DNA of 64,000 nucleotides from Haliotis rubra (Eukaryota). Made by a program: the position numbers and the translations under genes. Shown here one piece after another: positions 14,015-26,618 of the stretch. The notes under the pieces were generated by a model. It was given only the letters and a program-made list of their open reading frames with translations. It was not told the DNA's origin and searched no databases. The stretch covers positions 1 through 64,000 of the forward strand of contig NW_025765476.1 of assembly GCF_003918875.1 (NCBI RefSeq). The letters are read 5' to 3'. Positions within the stretch are counted from its first letter, which is position 1. Every line of letters starts with the position of its first letter.

Positions 14015-14312
14015 ATGATTACACACTGCCATTTTGAAAGTGGTCAAATGTAACATGTGTTATATTTGGGATTACACTTTCTTAGTAAAGTACAAATTCT
14101 AGAACTTTTTGAGTTGAACCCCATGCAGGATTCGAACTTCCACCCTCGTTGAAGTCGCGGTAGCTGAGCGGGTTAGGCGGCCTACTTTGTGTGCTGGCCA
14201 TTAGGTGCCTCACTCTGAGGGTGTGAGTTCGAATCCCGCATGGGGCTCAACTCAAAAAGTACTAGAATTTGTACTTTACTAAGAAAGTGTAATCCCAAAT
14301 ATAACACATGTT
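14015..14312 (+). mobile_element. tRNA-derived SINE family 3 with an inverted copy of its 3' half; flanked by a 13-bp direct repeat
   Basis: tRNA-like head gtcgcggtagctgagcgggttaggcg...gttcgaatcc. Inverted arms 14051-14137 / 14227-14313. agagtggatttct at 14002-14014 and 14313-14325. Absent at the paralogous site near 3465. Second copy at 58344-58470. Confidence 0.75.
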
Positions 14313-16049
14313 AGAGTGGATTTCTGTTCATAAGAGCATGAGAAATGAAAAAAGCAATATTTCAATTAATATATGGCTAAAAGCAGACAAAAGCTGGTTA
14401 AATTTGTGTAAATTAACTGAGTATGTAGCTATTTCTAAGGTTACTAAATTTATAATGATCACAAATTAGTAAAACATGGTAACAATATTTTCATATAGTA
14501 GGATTGTTAGGAAATTTTCCCTTATTAAATCATTATGAAGTCGAGATAAGGCTATTCTTACTGTCTTGATATTGATATAATGCATATATGGTTCACACAT
14601 GAAGAGTTCTTTAGACAGGAACTATTTCGCAGTTTGGCGATCATGTTTAAGTCAATGTTTGCTTCATCTTACAAATAAGTCTCCAACTTCATATATGTCA
14701 GCTTCCAGTTAAGGTGTGGGCATACCGTCTATACAATATAGGTATAGTTGCAGTATTATGCTGGTATTAACAATAAGTCACTGTATACTATTTAGGTTCT
14801 TCTAAAATGTACCCCAGCTAACCAAATCTGAAGTATCAAATATTTACCGTTACCATATTGATATGGTTCCTTCCCCATTGTGGTAACGTCCGACGTAGAT
14901 TGATGGTTAGTCTGTCTCACAGTCCCTGAACCACATTATTTTCCCAACTGCCAAGCCCTCTCTGCAGTGCTACAGCCCTAAATAAAGCAAGTCTAGATTT
15001 CCTTAGGTTCTGAATCTCTGGTCCTTCTAGGGCTCCTTTTCAATTTAAATGGGCTTGTTTGTTACTATCAAAATTATATATATTCAGAGACTAAGCATTA
15101 GTCTAATTGATGGTAGGCATCGGCCACGCCTTGAAGTTGCATGCTGCAAACCTGCCCTGATAGACTTTGTGTGACACACCTTTGAAGTACCAATCACCAG
15201 GCAGTAAGGCAATACATTTTACCATGCAATGAAATAGGTCAGATGAATACGAAGTAGTACCTAAAAAGATAAGGTATGTACTTAAATAATTAAAGTAATA
15301 AAACAATTGAAATAATAAAACATCGATCACACATGGCTGCTTTCTATTTTATTGCCCACAGGGTACTACCAATTATACGCTTTGTGGAGAAAGTAGTTAT
15401 TGAATACAACATTCAGTTGTATATAGTTAGAAAAATACTAAGATTTTACAACTTTTAAGAAACAGTGTTACCAATAGCTTGACCCTTCATTAATGACGCC
15501 GAGTATATATTTCACAATTCATAAATGTATTTTGAATTTTTTAACAATGCAACTCCGTTCCTGCTTTGGATCTACATTTTATCAGCTACTTTGTTTGTAT
15601 AGAGTGCTATGTCCCTCTACCCTTCTGACGAGGAGATCCTCAACAGTACATGCGAGTATACCTGCACTGACACATACACCTTTGAAGCTCCAAACAGTAC
15701 CGAAATACATTTTACCGTGAAATAAATTAGGCCAGATGAATTACCCAAATGGATTTGTCGATTATGTACTTTAAATAATTAAAGCAATAGAATAATTAAA
15801 ATAATTAAACACCGATCACACATTGCTGCTTTCTATTATATTGCCAATAGGGTACTACCAGTAATACGCTAAGGGGAGAAAGAAGGTATTAAAAGTCAGT
15901 CGACTAGAAATAAGTTGGAACCTAACGGTATAGGCAATGGACCTTTCGAACCATGGGAAGTATTAAATGAGGACTTTACAGTGTTGCATGATGTAGAAAC
16001 ATTAAAACATGAATTGGTCCTAAAACACTTAGTTTGTGAGTTAATCCAG

Positions 16050-16455
16050 TGGGAGCTAGGTGACCTGCTGAGTCCACGTACCGAGTTGATTATTGTGTGC
16101 TGATGTTGGTACTTTAGTGGAGCTAGGTGACCCGGTGAGTCCACGTACGAGTTGATTATTGTGTACTGATGTTGGTACTTTAGTGGAGCTAGGTGACCCG
16201 GTGAGTCCACGTACCGAGTTGATTATTGTGTGCTGATTTTGGTACTTTAGTGGAGCTAGGTGACCCGGTGAGTCCACGTACGAGTTGATTATTGTGTACT
16301 GATGTTGGTACTTTAGTGGAGCTAGGTGACCCGGTGAGTCCACGTACCGAGTTGATTATTGTGTGCTGATTTTGGTACTTTAGTGGAGCTAGGTGACCCG
16401 GTGAGTCCACGTACGAGTTGATTATTGTGTGCTGATGTTGGTACTTTAGTGGAGC
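16050..16455. repeat. Tandem repeat, 6 units alternating 67/66 bp (133-bp higher-order unit)
   Basis: ggagctaggtgacccggtgagtccacgtac(c)gagttgattattgtgt... starts at 16052, 16119, 16185, 16252, 16318, 16385, 16451. Confidence 0.9.
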
Positions 16456-16588
16456 AAGGTGGTTTTCCATTCCTCTATATTCATTAGCGGTTTGGTGTTG
16501 CAGCTCAAACGTTAGGTCATTTCACTGTTTTGGTTCCTCTTTGGCACTTCAGTGAAGCGGAAGACGTTTGGATTTGTGTGTTTCCAAG

Positions 16589-16834
16589 AGTGAGTGAGCG
16601 AGTTTAGTTTTACGCCGCACTCAGCAATATTCCAACTATATGGCGGCGGTCTGTAAATAATCGGGTCTGGACCAGACAATCCAGTGATCAACAGCATGAA
16701 CATAGATCTGCGCAATTGGGAACGGATGACATGTGTCAACCAAGTCAGCGAGCTTGACCACCCGATCCCGTTAGTCACCTCTTACGACAAGCATGAGTTA
16801 CTGAAGATCAATATTCTAACCCGGACCTTCACGG
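16589..16834 (-). mobile_element. SINE family 2 (core ...cttgtcgtaagaggcgactaa..., MetaSINE-like) with 13-bp TSD
   Basis: TSD gtgtgtttccaag at 16576-16588 and 16835-16847; empty paralogous site at ~7047-7059; shares the (CACT)n 3' tail with family 1. Confidence 0.85.
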
Positions 16835-17436
16835 GTGTGTTTCCAAGGACTGTTCCAGGCTTCTTTTAGATATATTATCCAAACTGTCATGTAACGTCTT
16901 GTAAAGTTTCAACAAGCACAAAAATGCGCTAAACGTATAACCCCATTTGTCCCTATCGCCTACGTCAATACGCTTTGAAGATTTTGTCCAAAGATGCGTT
17001 AATCCCAACAACGCAGTTACACATGAAACCAGTTTTGTATCACGCTTCGTGCACTTGGTAACGGAAATGTGATTAGATATCTGTACATACTGGTTACACT
17101 AGACCAAATCAGATTTCGTAGTAGCTTTCAGCGCAGGTTGAATCATCAGAGAGATGTGATTGGATGATTTTGTGTCAGATTTTTGTGTTATGTAAATGCA
17201 CACCGATCCAGTAACAACTGACCGTATTTTGTAATATTTAGTGCTGTCTGTTTTAAAAAAAGATGTCTTATGCTGAATTTGACTACAAGTATTTTCTAGC
17301 GGATGACATTTTGTGTGGAACTGGGGTCGGTCTATTTAGATTCCTGTACTCTTTAAGGCCAGACTATGTACACATGTACATGCAATAGCTGTTTTTTATT
17401 GAAACTTATAAATATTTGGTTTTGTGTCGCCTAGAC

Positions 17437-17758
17437 TACTGGCAAACAAGGATGAATTGAGCACCTGGCAATTGACCTGTATTAACATGCATGAGTGCCG
17501 CCCACTGGAACTTGCCATTGTTACAGAAGGGGCCCCAGGTTGTCCGCGATCAAGTGTAGTGCGACTTGCTACACCGACCAGAGAGTCTTATGAGCAAGGC
17601 GTGTGCAGCTACACGTGGAATCAAATTCATCGTCACGTGCACTAGCCGACATCTGCTCTACCTTCCACAAACCACATGGGTTCGCTCATTGCCGTGCACC
17701 GCCTACTTCTCGTAAACGCGTTCTCTGCGCCGGTCCAACTTGTCCTTGTTTGCCAGTA
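17437..17758. mobile_element. MITE with 16-bp TIR
   Basis: tactggcaaacaagga ... tccttgtttgccagta; absent from the paralogous unit. Confidence 0.6.
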
Positions 17759-17879
17759 TGAGAACAGTCTCTCTGATAAGAACGCCCCCAATAGAACTAT
17801 TCAACTGTGAGTATAATTATGAGAAATCCCAACTTCACTGACTGAGAATTGACTTTGAAACTATTGTCTGTGTATATCA

Positions 17880-18097
17880 TGGGTTATAACACGTGTGGAC
17901 TCTCGTGGAATTGTGTTATAACTCGTGCGGAATCTCGTAGAATTGTGTTATAACAAATGTGGAATGTCGTGGAATTGTGTTATAGCACGTGTGGAATATC
18001 GTGGAATTGAGTTATAACACGTGTGGAGTCTCGTGGAATTGTGTTATGACACATGTGGAATCTCGTGGAATTGTGTTATAACACGTGTGGAATCTCG
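17880..18097. repeat. ~32-bp minisatellite, about 7 copies
   Basis: tgtggaatctcgtggaattgtgttataacacg repeated; single copy at the paralogous site near 7925. Confidence 0.9.
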
Positions 18098-18541
18098 GGT
18101 TATTATTGCCCAGTTATGTGTACATATATAAGCCACTTTATACGGTTCAGTAACCTAAGTAACACAGAAAATATGATTATATTCAAGAATCATTTATTCA
18201 GATAGGCATGACAACACATGACTAGGAGATCTACATCACTCCTTGAAAATAGTAAATGTATCTCAACATATACGAAAGATGTAACACCAGAGACTAAACA
18301 TTCGAAACATCTTAACTGCAGAAGAAACGTAGTTTGATTTGGTCACCTCGAGATTGTAGTTCTACAAAACATATTTCTGTAAGGTTTCATGGATAATATA
18401 TTTACAACAGGACAGATAGACAGCACACATGTTTCCGGAGAAGTAAGTAAAGGTATCAAACAATATAAAATTCTTAAAAAGCATCCCCCATAAATCCACC
18501 ATCCATAACCCCAGTGATCCCAATACACCTATGGCTTATGT

Positions 18542-20653
18542 CTAGTAATACTGGTAGCCGCTCTTGGAGCCTCCGAAACCACCAGCAAGGCCACGGCCGT
18601 ATCCAACGCCGACGACGCCATTTCCGACTCCGAACCCCCCGAATCCCTTTCCGACACCAACTCCATGGCCGACACCAACGTCATGTCCAACTCCGAAGCC
18701 GTTGTTGTAGGGGGTTCCGTGTTGAGTGGCGGCGGCGTGGTTGGTAGCAGCGCCGTGTGCATTAGCATGGGCATTGGAATTGGAGCCATAGTTGTTGTGG
18801 GCGTAGTTGTTGAGGACGTTGGCGCGGGCAGCAGCAGCGTTGTTGTAGTCGTTGTATTTAGAAGCAGCGGCGTTGTTGCTGTCTCCGGCAGCTTTAGCAG
18901 CGCCCTGGCTGTAGTAGTTCGATTTCTTAGCAGCGTTGCCGTTGGCGGCCTGAGCGACGTCATTGTATTTGTAGGCGTTATCAGCGTTGTTGGCGGCGTA
19001 TTTGTCGTTGTTGTGGGCTGCTGCGTTGGCGGCGTCGTTGTAATACCTCTGAGCGTAGTTGTTGGCATTAGAGTGGGCAGCGTTAGCGTTCTGGGCAAAG
19101 TTATCCTTGTAGTCCTTCTTGTTGTAGTTGAGGCGTTCGTAGTTGTTACCGCCGGCGTTGTTGTGGTGGTGGAACTTCTTGACCAGATGATGTTTCTTGG
19201 CAGCGTCGTTGTAATTGCGTCTGTAGTTGTCCTTGGCGTAGGCAGAGTTGGCACTGTCGGCGGCAGCAGCTTGAGCATTGTAAAGGTTGGCAGCATCAGC
19301 ACCGGCGTGGTCGTATCCGTGTCTGTCAGATGCAGCAGCATCGGTGTTGGATCTGTAGGCGTTGTTCTTGTCAGCAGCAGCACCGGATTTGTAGTAGTCG
19401 TTGCCTTGAGCGTTGTTGTAGCCGTTCCTGTGGTAGGCAGCGCCGGCATTGTTTCTCTGGTAATCATTCAGGTGAGATCCATATTTACCATTCCTGACAT
19501 TGGCAGCATTGGCAGCGGAATCATAATGGTTGGCGTGTTGACCCTGGGCGGCGTTGTCGTACAGACCGTGTCCGTTCTGACCATATTGTTGACCATATTG
19601 CTGACCGTATTGTTGACCATATTGTTGACCTTTGCCGTAACCGTTGCCGTAGTTGTTCCCGTAACCGTTGCCTTTTCCGACACCTCCAGTGCCTACGACA
19701 CCAGAGAATCCGCGTGTTCCGTAGACGCCGTGGTTGCCGTGTCCAGCGAGGTTGTGTGCAGCTTGTGCAGCGGCGTTAGCGACGCTGTTTCTGTCGTAGA
19801 CGGCGTTCTTTTTGGCGAAGTTGTCGTACTGATCTTTGGAAGCGTCGTGAGCGTTGTCGTAGTATTTGTTGCTTCCAGCAGCTTCGCTCAACTTGGCAGC
19901 AGCGGCGTGGTTAGCAGCACCGTTGTTGGCAGCGTGGCTGGTTGCGGCACCGTATTTACCGTTTCCGTATTGCTTTGCTGCAGCGCCATGTCCGTACCCA
20001 TTGCCCTTCTGAGCGTGTGCGGCATCGGCGGCGTATTTTTTGTTGGCGTGGTCGCGGCTGGCGTAGTTGGCGGCTCCACTGTGATCACGGTAGTCGCCGA
20101 GGTTGTGAGCACTGCTTGTGTCAAGGATTTCGTAGTCACCATCCTCGTTGGAGTTTTTGTTGTATTTCTTGTCGAAGCCGTAGTTGACATCGGTGTTGAA
20201 AACGTCCCCCTTGTTGTAGTAGTTGTTGTTGGCGTGGTTGTTGTAAGCAGCAGCTCTTGCGGCGTTGTCTTTCCTGTCGTAGTGGTTGGCGGCGGCGTCG
20301 TGGTAGCCGGCTTTGTTGGCGTGTCCGGCGTCACCGTAAGCGTTATTGGCGTGGGCGGCGGCCTTGTTTCCGTAATAGTTGGAGGCAGCGTCTCCCTTGG
20401 CGCCGGCTTTATCAGCTGCTTTGTAGTAGTTGCTGCCGTGGCTGGCGTAGTTGTTGGCAGCTTTGTTGTAGTTGTTGGCGGCGTTGTCGTATGTGTTGTA
20501 TTTCTGGTCAGTGTTTTGATTAGCGTATTGTCCTTTCCCGTAGTTGTTGACGCCGGCTGACAGGTGGCCGTTGTTGGCGGCGGCGCCATAGTTGTCGAGG
20601 TAGTCGCATGTGGCAGCAGCCACACAGATGGCGATGACGGCAATGGAGAAACT
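18542..20653 (-). CDS. Gene B exon 2: secreted Ala/Asn/Gly/Tyr/His-rich structural protein (705 aa with exon 1; MK|SFSIAVIAICVAAATC signal peptide)
   Basis: Open 703-codon exon after acceptor gttttcAG (20655-20654); hydrophobic signal peptide; strong codon bias (AAC, TAC, GCC); polyA signal at 18193-18198; paralogous to C-F. Confidence 0.93.
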   Translation of the reverse strand, partial: SFSIAVIAICVAAATCDYLDNYGAAANNGHLSAGVNNYGKGQYANQNTDQKYNTYDNAANNYNKAANNYASHGSNYYKAADKAGAKGDAASNYYGNKAAAHANNAYGDAGHANKAGYHDAAANHYDRKDNAARAAAYNNHANNNYYNKGDVFNTDVNYGFDKKYNKNSNEDGDYEILDTSSAHNLGDYRDHSGAANYASRDHANKKYAADAAHAQKGNGYGHGAAAKQYGNGKYGAATSHAANNGAANHAAAAKLSEAAGSNKYYDNAHDASKDQYDNFAKKNAVYDRNSVANAAAQAAHNLAGHGNHGVYGTRGFSGVVGTGGVGKGNGYGNNYGNGYGKGQQYGQQYGQQYGQQYGQNGHGLYDNAAQGQHANHYDSAANAANVRNGKYGSHLNDYQRNNAGAAYHRNGYNNAQGNDYYKSGAAADKNNAYRSNTDAAASDRHGYDHAGADAANLYNAQAAAADSANSAYAKDNYRRNYNDAAKKHHLVKKFHHHNNAGGNNYERLNYNKKDYKDNFAQNANAAHSNANNYAQRYYNDAANAAAHNNDKYAANNADNAYKYNDVAQAANGNAAKKSNYYSQGAAKAAGDSNNAAASKYNDYNNAAAARANVLNNYAHNNYGSNSNAHANAHGAATNHAAATQHGTPYNNGFGVGHDVGVGHGVGVGKGFGGFGVGNGVVGVGYGRGLAGGFGGSKSGYQYY

Positions 20654-20896
20654 CTGAAAACAGAATATACACACTTGCTTTAACTTTGAATATCTGTTTG
20701 AGTGGCTCTCAGAATCTACAAGCATTTAATTAAAAATTACAATTCAGGTATCACCTGTACAAAAGCCGCTGATGGGTATGTCGCCATCATTCACATCATC
20801 AGTGTTTATAGTATGGGGGGGAGATAATTTGCATACACATTTTGAAACTGAGCGAACTACTGAAATAGGAAGCAAGACGTTTCAACTGTATCTTAC

Positions 20897-20902
20897 CTTC
20901 AT
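20897..20902 (-). CDS. Gene B exon 1 coding part (ATG AAG, MK) followed by GTAAGA donor; 243-bp phase-0 intron
   Basis: gtcaagATGAAG|gtaaga; the same micro-exon structure occurs in C, D and E. Confidence 0.85.
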
Positions 20903-20973
20903 CTTGACTCCCACAGGTGTTTCTCTGTCTGGAGATGAGATCCAAGTGTGGAGACTCGCCGGCAGTGTCCGTC

Positions 20974-21075
20974 TTTTAAAGCACAAACCATTTCCCATTA
21001 AACTTCACGAGACGCTGATAACGGTAACTGTGCGATCCGCTTCGCTGGACACTCAAGTCTATTGTCGTAAAGTTA
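20974..21075 (-). promoter_or_regulatory. Gene B promoter: TTTAAAA TATA-like box and AACTTTACGAC motif
   Basis: TATA-like sequence at 20974-20980, about 70 bp upstream of the ATG; motif at 21064-21074 is shared with the C/D/E promoters. Confidence 0.55.
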
Positions 21076-21775
21076 TAATTATTCAACAACAGCAACAACA
21101 TCAACATGCCTTTGTTTATGGATTATAAAATAGGAGATGACCCATATACTAAGTAATACAGAAATAGACACCCCACCACCACCACCAAAATACACACCCC
21201 TATAAAAAATTAAATGAAATAAAACAAGAGTACATGGCACGTTTTGTGGATAACGTTTTTTGGCACGGCGTTTCAGAGCTGATTCTTGCTCCTTCGTCAG
21301 TTGAACGTCGTGTCAGTACAATGAATGAATATATATATATAGATTAAAACATGTTTACACACAAGCATAATTTATACCGAAACAAACGCAAACATCGGCA
21401 AAAACGCAAAGACAAAAGAAATGTACTACTATATCCTAGAAAAAGGTGCCCTGATGCCTGCTACTATATTTTCACTAACTCCACACTACCCTTCCCTCCA
21501 CTACCACTATCTCTACCGCTACTTTACCTCTACCCTTTTCTCTGGTACTTCTTTACTATCTACCTGTCCTTCTGTTATCCCTGCCTCTTCTTCAACCTCT
21601 ACTTCTCCTACCTCTGTTCTACCTTATCCCAACTTTTCTTTCTACCTCTACACCGGCCTGTCCTTCTACTGTTATCCCTGTCTCTTCTTCTACCTCTACT
21701 TCTCCTACCTCTGTTCTACCCTATCCCAACTTTTATTTCTACCTCTACATCTACCTGTCCTTCTACTGTTATGCA

Positions 21776-22011
21776 ACCCGTGAAGATCCGGGTTAGAATG
21801 AACCTTCATTAACCCATGCTTGTTGTAAGAGGCGACTAACAGGATCGGGTGGTCAGGCTCGCTGGCTTGGTTGACACATGTCATCGGTTCCCAGTTGCGC
21901 AGATCGATGCTCATGCTGTTAATCACTGGATTGTCTGGTCCAGACTCGATTATTTACAGACCGCTGCCATATAGTTGGAACATTGCTGAGTGCGGTGTAA
22001 AACTAAACTCC
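21776..22011 (+). mobile_element. SINE family 2, inserted in the 97-bp repeat
   Basis: acccgtgaagatccgggttagaa...gtaagaggcgactaac...gcggtgtaaaactaaactc. Confidence 0.85.
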
Positions 22012-23046
22012 CTGCTACTTCTTTTTCTACCTCTGTTCCTACCTCTACCTATCTTTCTACCTCTGTTCTACCCTATCCCAACTTATATTTCCACCTCTGC
22101 TTCTACCCGTCCTTCCTTTGTTTCTACCTCTGCTTATGCTCCTACTACCACTTCTCCTCCTCTTCCTCTGCGACTACCTCTTCTGTTCTACTTCTACTTT
22201 TACTTCATCTACTTCGATTTCAACCTCTGTTTCTACATTTACGTCTACTTCTCATTTAATTCTACCTCTACCCGTATGTGTATGATTCTTTAAAAGTGAA
22301 ACACTGTTTGTATTTATCCGTGTGTTCCATATGATAAGCGTTATTTTGTAGAAAGAAACACGATTCAGATTTAATACACTTTGTATCACAATCGGACAAA
22401 CTTCAATTAAGAAAGTATAATGTCTGATGTCTGATGTAATGTGTTATACACACATCAGTTCCTCCAGAACAACCAAGTAGACATAAGTGAAATACGAGTT
22501 TCACTATCTGTGCACACATGCAGTGTTATAACCAATGACCTACAACATCAACGTTGATACATTTTAAGTTTGCAAAAATATTGTTTGAGTTCTTTTCTAA
22601 TTTTCCCGTGTGTGGTACCTTTAACTAATTAGATAACCTGTGCTTAAAATCGAAGTCAAAGTGTATTCTGGTGTCTTGTATGTTTTCGTTGAAGTATTCT
22701 GTATTGTAATATAGTTTTGCTTGCATAGGCCCGTTTTCGAGAGATTAAAGCAATTTTTACTGGAGTCGGTTATAATTGCTGTATTTGCCTACATATTTCT
22801 GAATGGTTTGTCTCAGCTGTTGTTAAACTGGTCATTATTATTTTCATTTCTTTTTGTTTCCTCTACTGTTTCTTCAGGATATACATCTGCTTTGCATGCT
22901 GAATGTTTTTCGCTTTGAAGACAAATCTGATACATGCACATACGTAAGGCTGATTAAGCTGAATTAATGTTTTATTCATATTTGTAATCAAGGCAAATAA
23001 TTTGTTTGTGTAAAAGTGTCTGTGTGAAGTATCGCGAAACAGAAGA

Positions 23047-23196
23047 GGGACGGTAGGGTAGCCCAGTAGTTAAAGCGTTCGCTCGTCACGCCGAAGAACC
23101 GGGCTCGATGACCCACATGGGTACAGTGTGTGAAGCCCATTTCTGGTGTCCCCCGCCATGATATTGCTGGAATACTGCTCACTCACTCACTCACTC
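23047..23196 (+). mobile_element. SINE family 1
   Basis: Head ggtagggtagcccagtagttaaagcg, body gaagcccatttctggtgtccc, (CTCA)n tail. Confidence 0.85.
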
Positions 23197-23810
23197 AAAA
23201 CAATAGATATTCTTTAATACTGTATTAAAGGAGTACTTAGCCATATACAACATCCTTAAACACGCACCCACAAACACTCATTGGTAAATTTAAGTAATCC
23301 TGACTTATACTGAATTCCAAAAGAAACGCGAATATCACAAGTGTTTGAAATTACATGGAATGAAACATAAAACGGGGATAAGTGGTGTGTTCGATGCTCA
23401 GATGGTCATTCCTCATCGGTTGTGTGTTCGGATGATACCGAAGTGGCTGCGAATGGGGCCATAATCGATACTGGACTGTCATTTCCAATGGCTCTAAGGT
23501 GACGTTAGCAAATGGCGCAATCTATCGTCTTATTTACTTTTACACAAGTCACCTCAGGTTATGAATCAAGATCATTTATGTGTTCACTTATGTGCTGCCA
23601 TGCGCTCTCATACAAATCTTATGGACAAGGTGGTTTCCAAGCTCACGAAGTCCAGATTAAAGAGGTTTCAGTGTATACGTTTATCACGCTGTGACAGGAC
23701 GCTTCACCAGTCGGCGTTAAACTCATGTAAACAAGTATCTGTCAAACTGTAGCTGCTAAATATAGACTTGCATTGTAATGTGCCTCCGTATATGTTTATT
23801 TTTCGTACAT

Positions 23811-23949
23811 CAAGTACATGAACTGCCATCGATAATAGTAAAACAAACCCGAACGAATAAACTATTTGTTTTCGCTCAAGTACATGAACTGCCATCGATA
23901 ATAGTAAAACAAACCCGAACGAATAAACTATTTGTTTTCGCTCAAGTAC
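23811..23949. repeat. 66-bp perfect tandem duplication
   Basis: caagtacatgaactgccatcgataatag... at 23811 and 23877. Confidence 0.9.
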
Positions 23950-24130
23950 CCAAACTGCATGATTTAGGTCGGCATAACCGTTAGTGGCCAAACACAAAAT
24001 GACTGTCACTGAATTAACGTGTGTGTTTAAAAAATTAAGAAGAAAAAAGAAGTTGTTATCCATTAAACGTGTTATTGTATTCATGCTCTTCCAACTTCTA
24101 AAAGCCTTTCAAGAATTTCAGCAGGAAGAC

Positions 24131-24312
24131 GCATTTCGACAAAAAATTATTCAACAGCGGCAGTATAACAAAATGTCTAGTTTTTGTCAGCAAAGTTTTA
24201 TTCATGACACTACATGCTGAACTACAGCATGTAGTGTCATGAATAAAACTTTGCTGACAAACACTAGACATTTTGTTATACTGCCGCTGTTTAATAATTT
24301 TTATTTGAATGC
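24131..24312. repeat. Near-perfect ~90-bp-arm palindrome with a 5-nt loop
   Basis: ...ttattcatgacactacatgctg-aacta-cagcatgtagtgtcatgaataa... Confidence 0.9.
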
Positions 24313-24735
24313 TTTGTGTAGATATTTGAACCACTGACACATCAGGCATGCTGGAATATACAGTGCCGACAAGTCAGCTGCTATTTTATTCTTATTTAAA
24401 TATTCAACCGATCGGGATGACACCATTATGTCTTATCGCTTCAGCTGCTTGGTAAAATATGTTAAGTAGGGCCCAGATTTATTGTCTCAAGGCTTAAATG
24501 ACTGTATTGTGAAGCTGTGACAACCGAAATCCATACTTCTGTACACGTACTATACCTGCACCATTTGTTAATACAGCGATGGGGTAATCCGAAGATTTCA
24601 CCGAGATCGATACCGTCCGGATTAGCCAGGTTTCACTGTACAAAATATAACAAATTTATCCATCAACTATATTGTTGGGCCTTCGTACGCATACACACAC
24701 GCACACACACCCACAAATAGACGCGCACACATATA

Positions 24736-25051
24736 TACTGAATCGCAAAAGAAACGTCACCTTTCTAAACCAAATGCAAAATGTTGTTCTTACAAGGTGG
24801 CGTTTTATTATGATTGTAACGTCTTGTTAACATGTCATGGATGCCACACACGATACTGACCTTCAGGTATCTTAATGGAACCATTTTTAGTGATTTTGTT
24901 TGTGTGAAGTCTAAATGTGATTCCCGAACATGTGTAAACCATAACTGTCAAGTTTGAACTCAGTCCTCCGGTTTGATTGTTAATTAGAGTGAATCAAAGT
25001 ATGTGCTTTCAGAAACCTAAATCGATGTGCCGTTTCTTTCGAGTTTCAGTA
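24736..25051. mobile_element. Tc1/mariner-type MITE
   Basis: TIRs tactgaatcgcaaaagaaacg / cgtttctttcgagtttcagta in TA context. Confidence 0.55.
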
Positions 25052-25637
25052 TATATGTATACATGTGGGTGGGTGTTTGACTGTCAGTGAGTATTACACT
25101 GTATGGTTTTCTTTTCCCTTGACTACACAGGGTTCTGATATGCATAATGTTTCGGAATTCAGAAGGTAAAGATAAGCATAAGTTTTTCAATCAATATACT
25201 TACATATATAGATCATTTACTTCACTGAATTTTATTTACATGAATAATTTAAGTAAAGAGAGTGTGTCTTCTGGCTAATGTCACCCTGATTGGTAATTTA
25301 GGTAAGTTGAAGTATTTCTGATTTAAATTGAATTCCAAAAGCAATGCGAATATAACAAATGTTTGAAATTTCATGGAATAAAACGTAAAACGGGGCGACA
25401 TGGGATGTTCGATGCTCATACGACCATTCTCATCGGTAGTTTGTTCTGATGATACCGAAGTGGTTGCTAATAGAGGCCATACTTGATACTGAAATGTCAT
25501 TTCCCATGGCGTGTAAGTGACGTTACCAAATGGCGTAATATGACATCGTCTTATCGACATTATCGCCAGACACATCTGGTTGTGAATAAAGATCATTTAT
25601 GTGTTCACTGATTGACTTCTTTTCATGCACGTTTTCA

Positions 25638-25657
25638 AACACACACACACACACACA

Positions 25658-25693
<36 letters not shown>

Positions 25694-25710
25694 CACACAC
25701 ATATATATAT
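25638..25710. repeat. (CA)n(CGCA)n(TA)n compound microsatellite
   Basis: Seen directly. Confidence 0.95.
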
Positions 25711-26618
25711 CTATCTCTTGATTCACACTGAATCCGTTTTATATGATTAGCGTTTCTTTTGGAACTGCGTATATGTTACATACCACTGTTATGCTAGTTA
25801 CATGACGTGTGCCGATGTTAATCAGGTTAATTTTACAGACATAATTGCAGTTTGAGTTATACAGATAGTTATAATTATCTCACATCTTTTTGATGTAACT
25901 ATTTGTCAGGAAGCTACAGTAACTAATAAAAATACGTGTATTTGTACAGTGCTGACAAGTAACAGTTCATATGTACAAGGAAATACAAGGGTTTATGAAA
26001 CATAGCGTTGAAAGAGATGTGTTTTGAGTCTGTTTTTTGAAGAATGGCATATATTAAACATACGATATTTGCATACGACTGGATATTAATTCGTTTTCTT
26101 TTTTATAACAAAAAGGTCATGCCTGGGATTAATTTCTATATGGAGGTAGTGTTTGCTATAGCACAATCCGAGTATATCATGAGTATATCTATATCTGATG
26201 AATGTGGGATTAAGTCGCTTTTCTTTAATATTTACATAATTATTTTAAAGAAAGTGCCTTAACCCAATATAAAAAAATGCCATTTCGGAAAAATCAAAAC
26301 TAACGTTGCAAGTAAATGTGGCAATGTCATGTAGGTTTTGTATTGTCATGAATATTTCGTCAAATACCCATAAAATAAAATTATCCACAAAAAAATCAGA
26401 ATAAATAATCATGATAATATTCATAACATAAATTCCAAAGAGTACCGAAACCTAAGTGACATGAGAAGTAGATAATACAATCCACTCTACCATATCAACT
26501 GTAACGATATGCGAAGGCAAAATGAAACAGTTAATATTCATTACTAACCTGTCATTAAAGGCCGATGTATATGAATATGTATGCTGTGTCCCCTATGTAT
26601 CCCCTACCCCCGGGGATT

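Larger units (their letters stand above)
13800..24500. repeat. Segmental tandem duplication unit 2 containing gene B
   Basis: Collinear with 3220-13700 (see unit 1). Confidence 0.85.

Noticed and set aside
14153-14245. Possible tRNA-Leu/Ser gene (also 58344-58440 and the SINE family 1 heads)
   Set aside because: A/B boxes are present but I cannot fold a proper acceptor or anticodon stem; the copies share a non-tRNA 3' tail, so they are SINE heads.
18542-20653. Assigning a known name (shematrin, GAAP, prisilkin, vitelline protein, mussel foot protein)
   Set aside because: Only compositional resemblance; I recognise no diagnostic motif, so no gene symbol is given without a database search.
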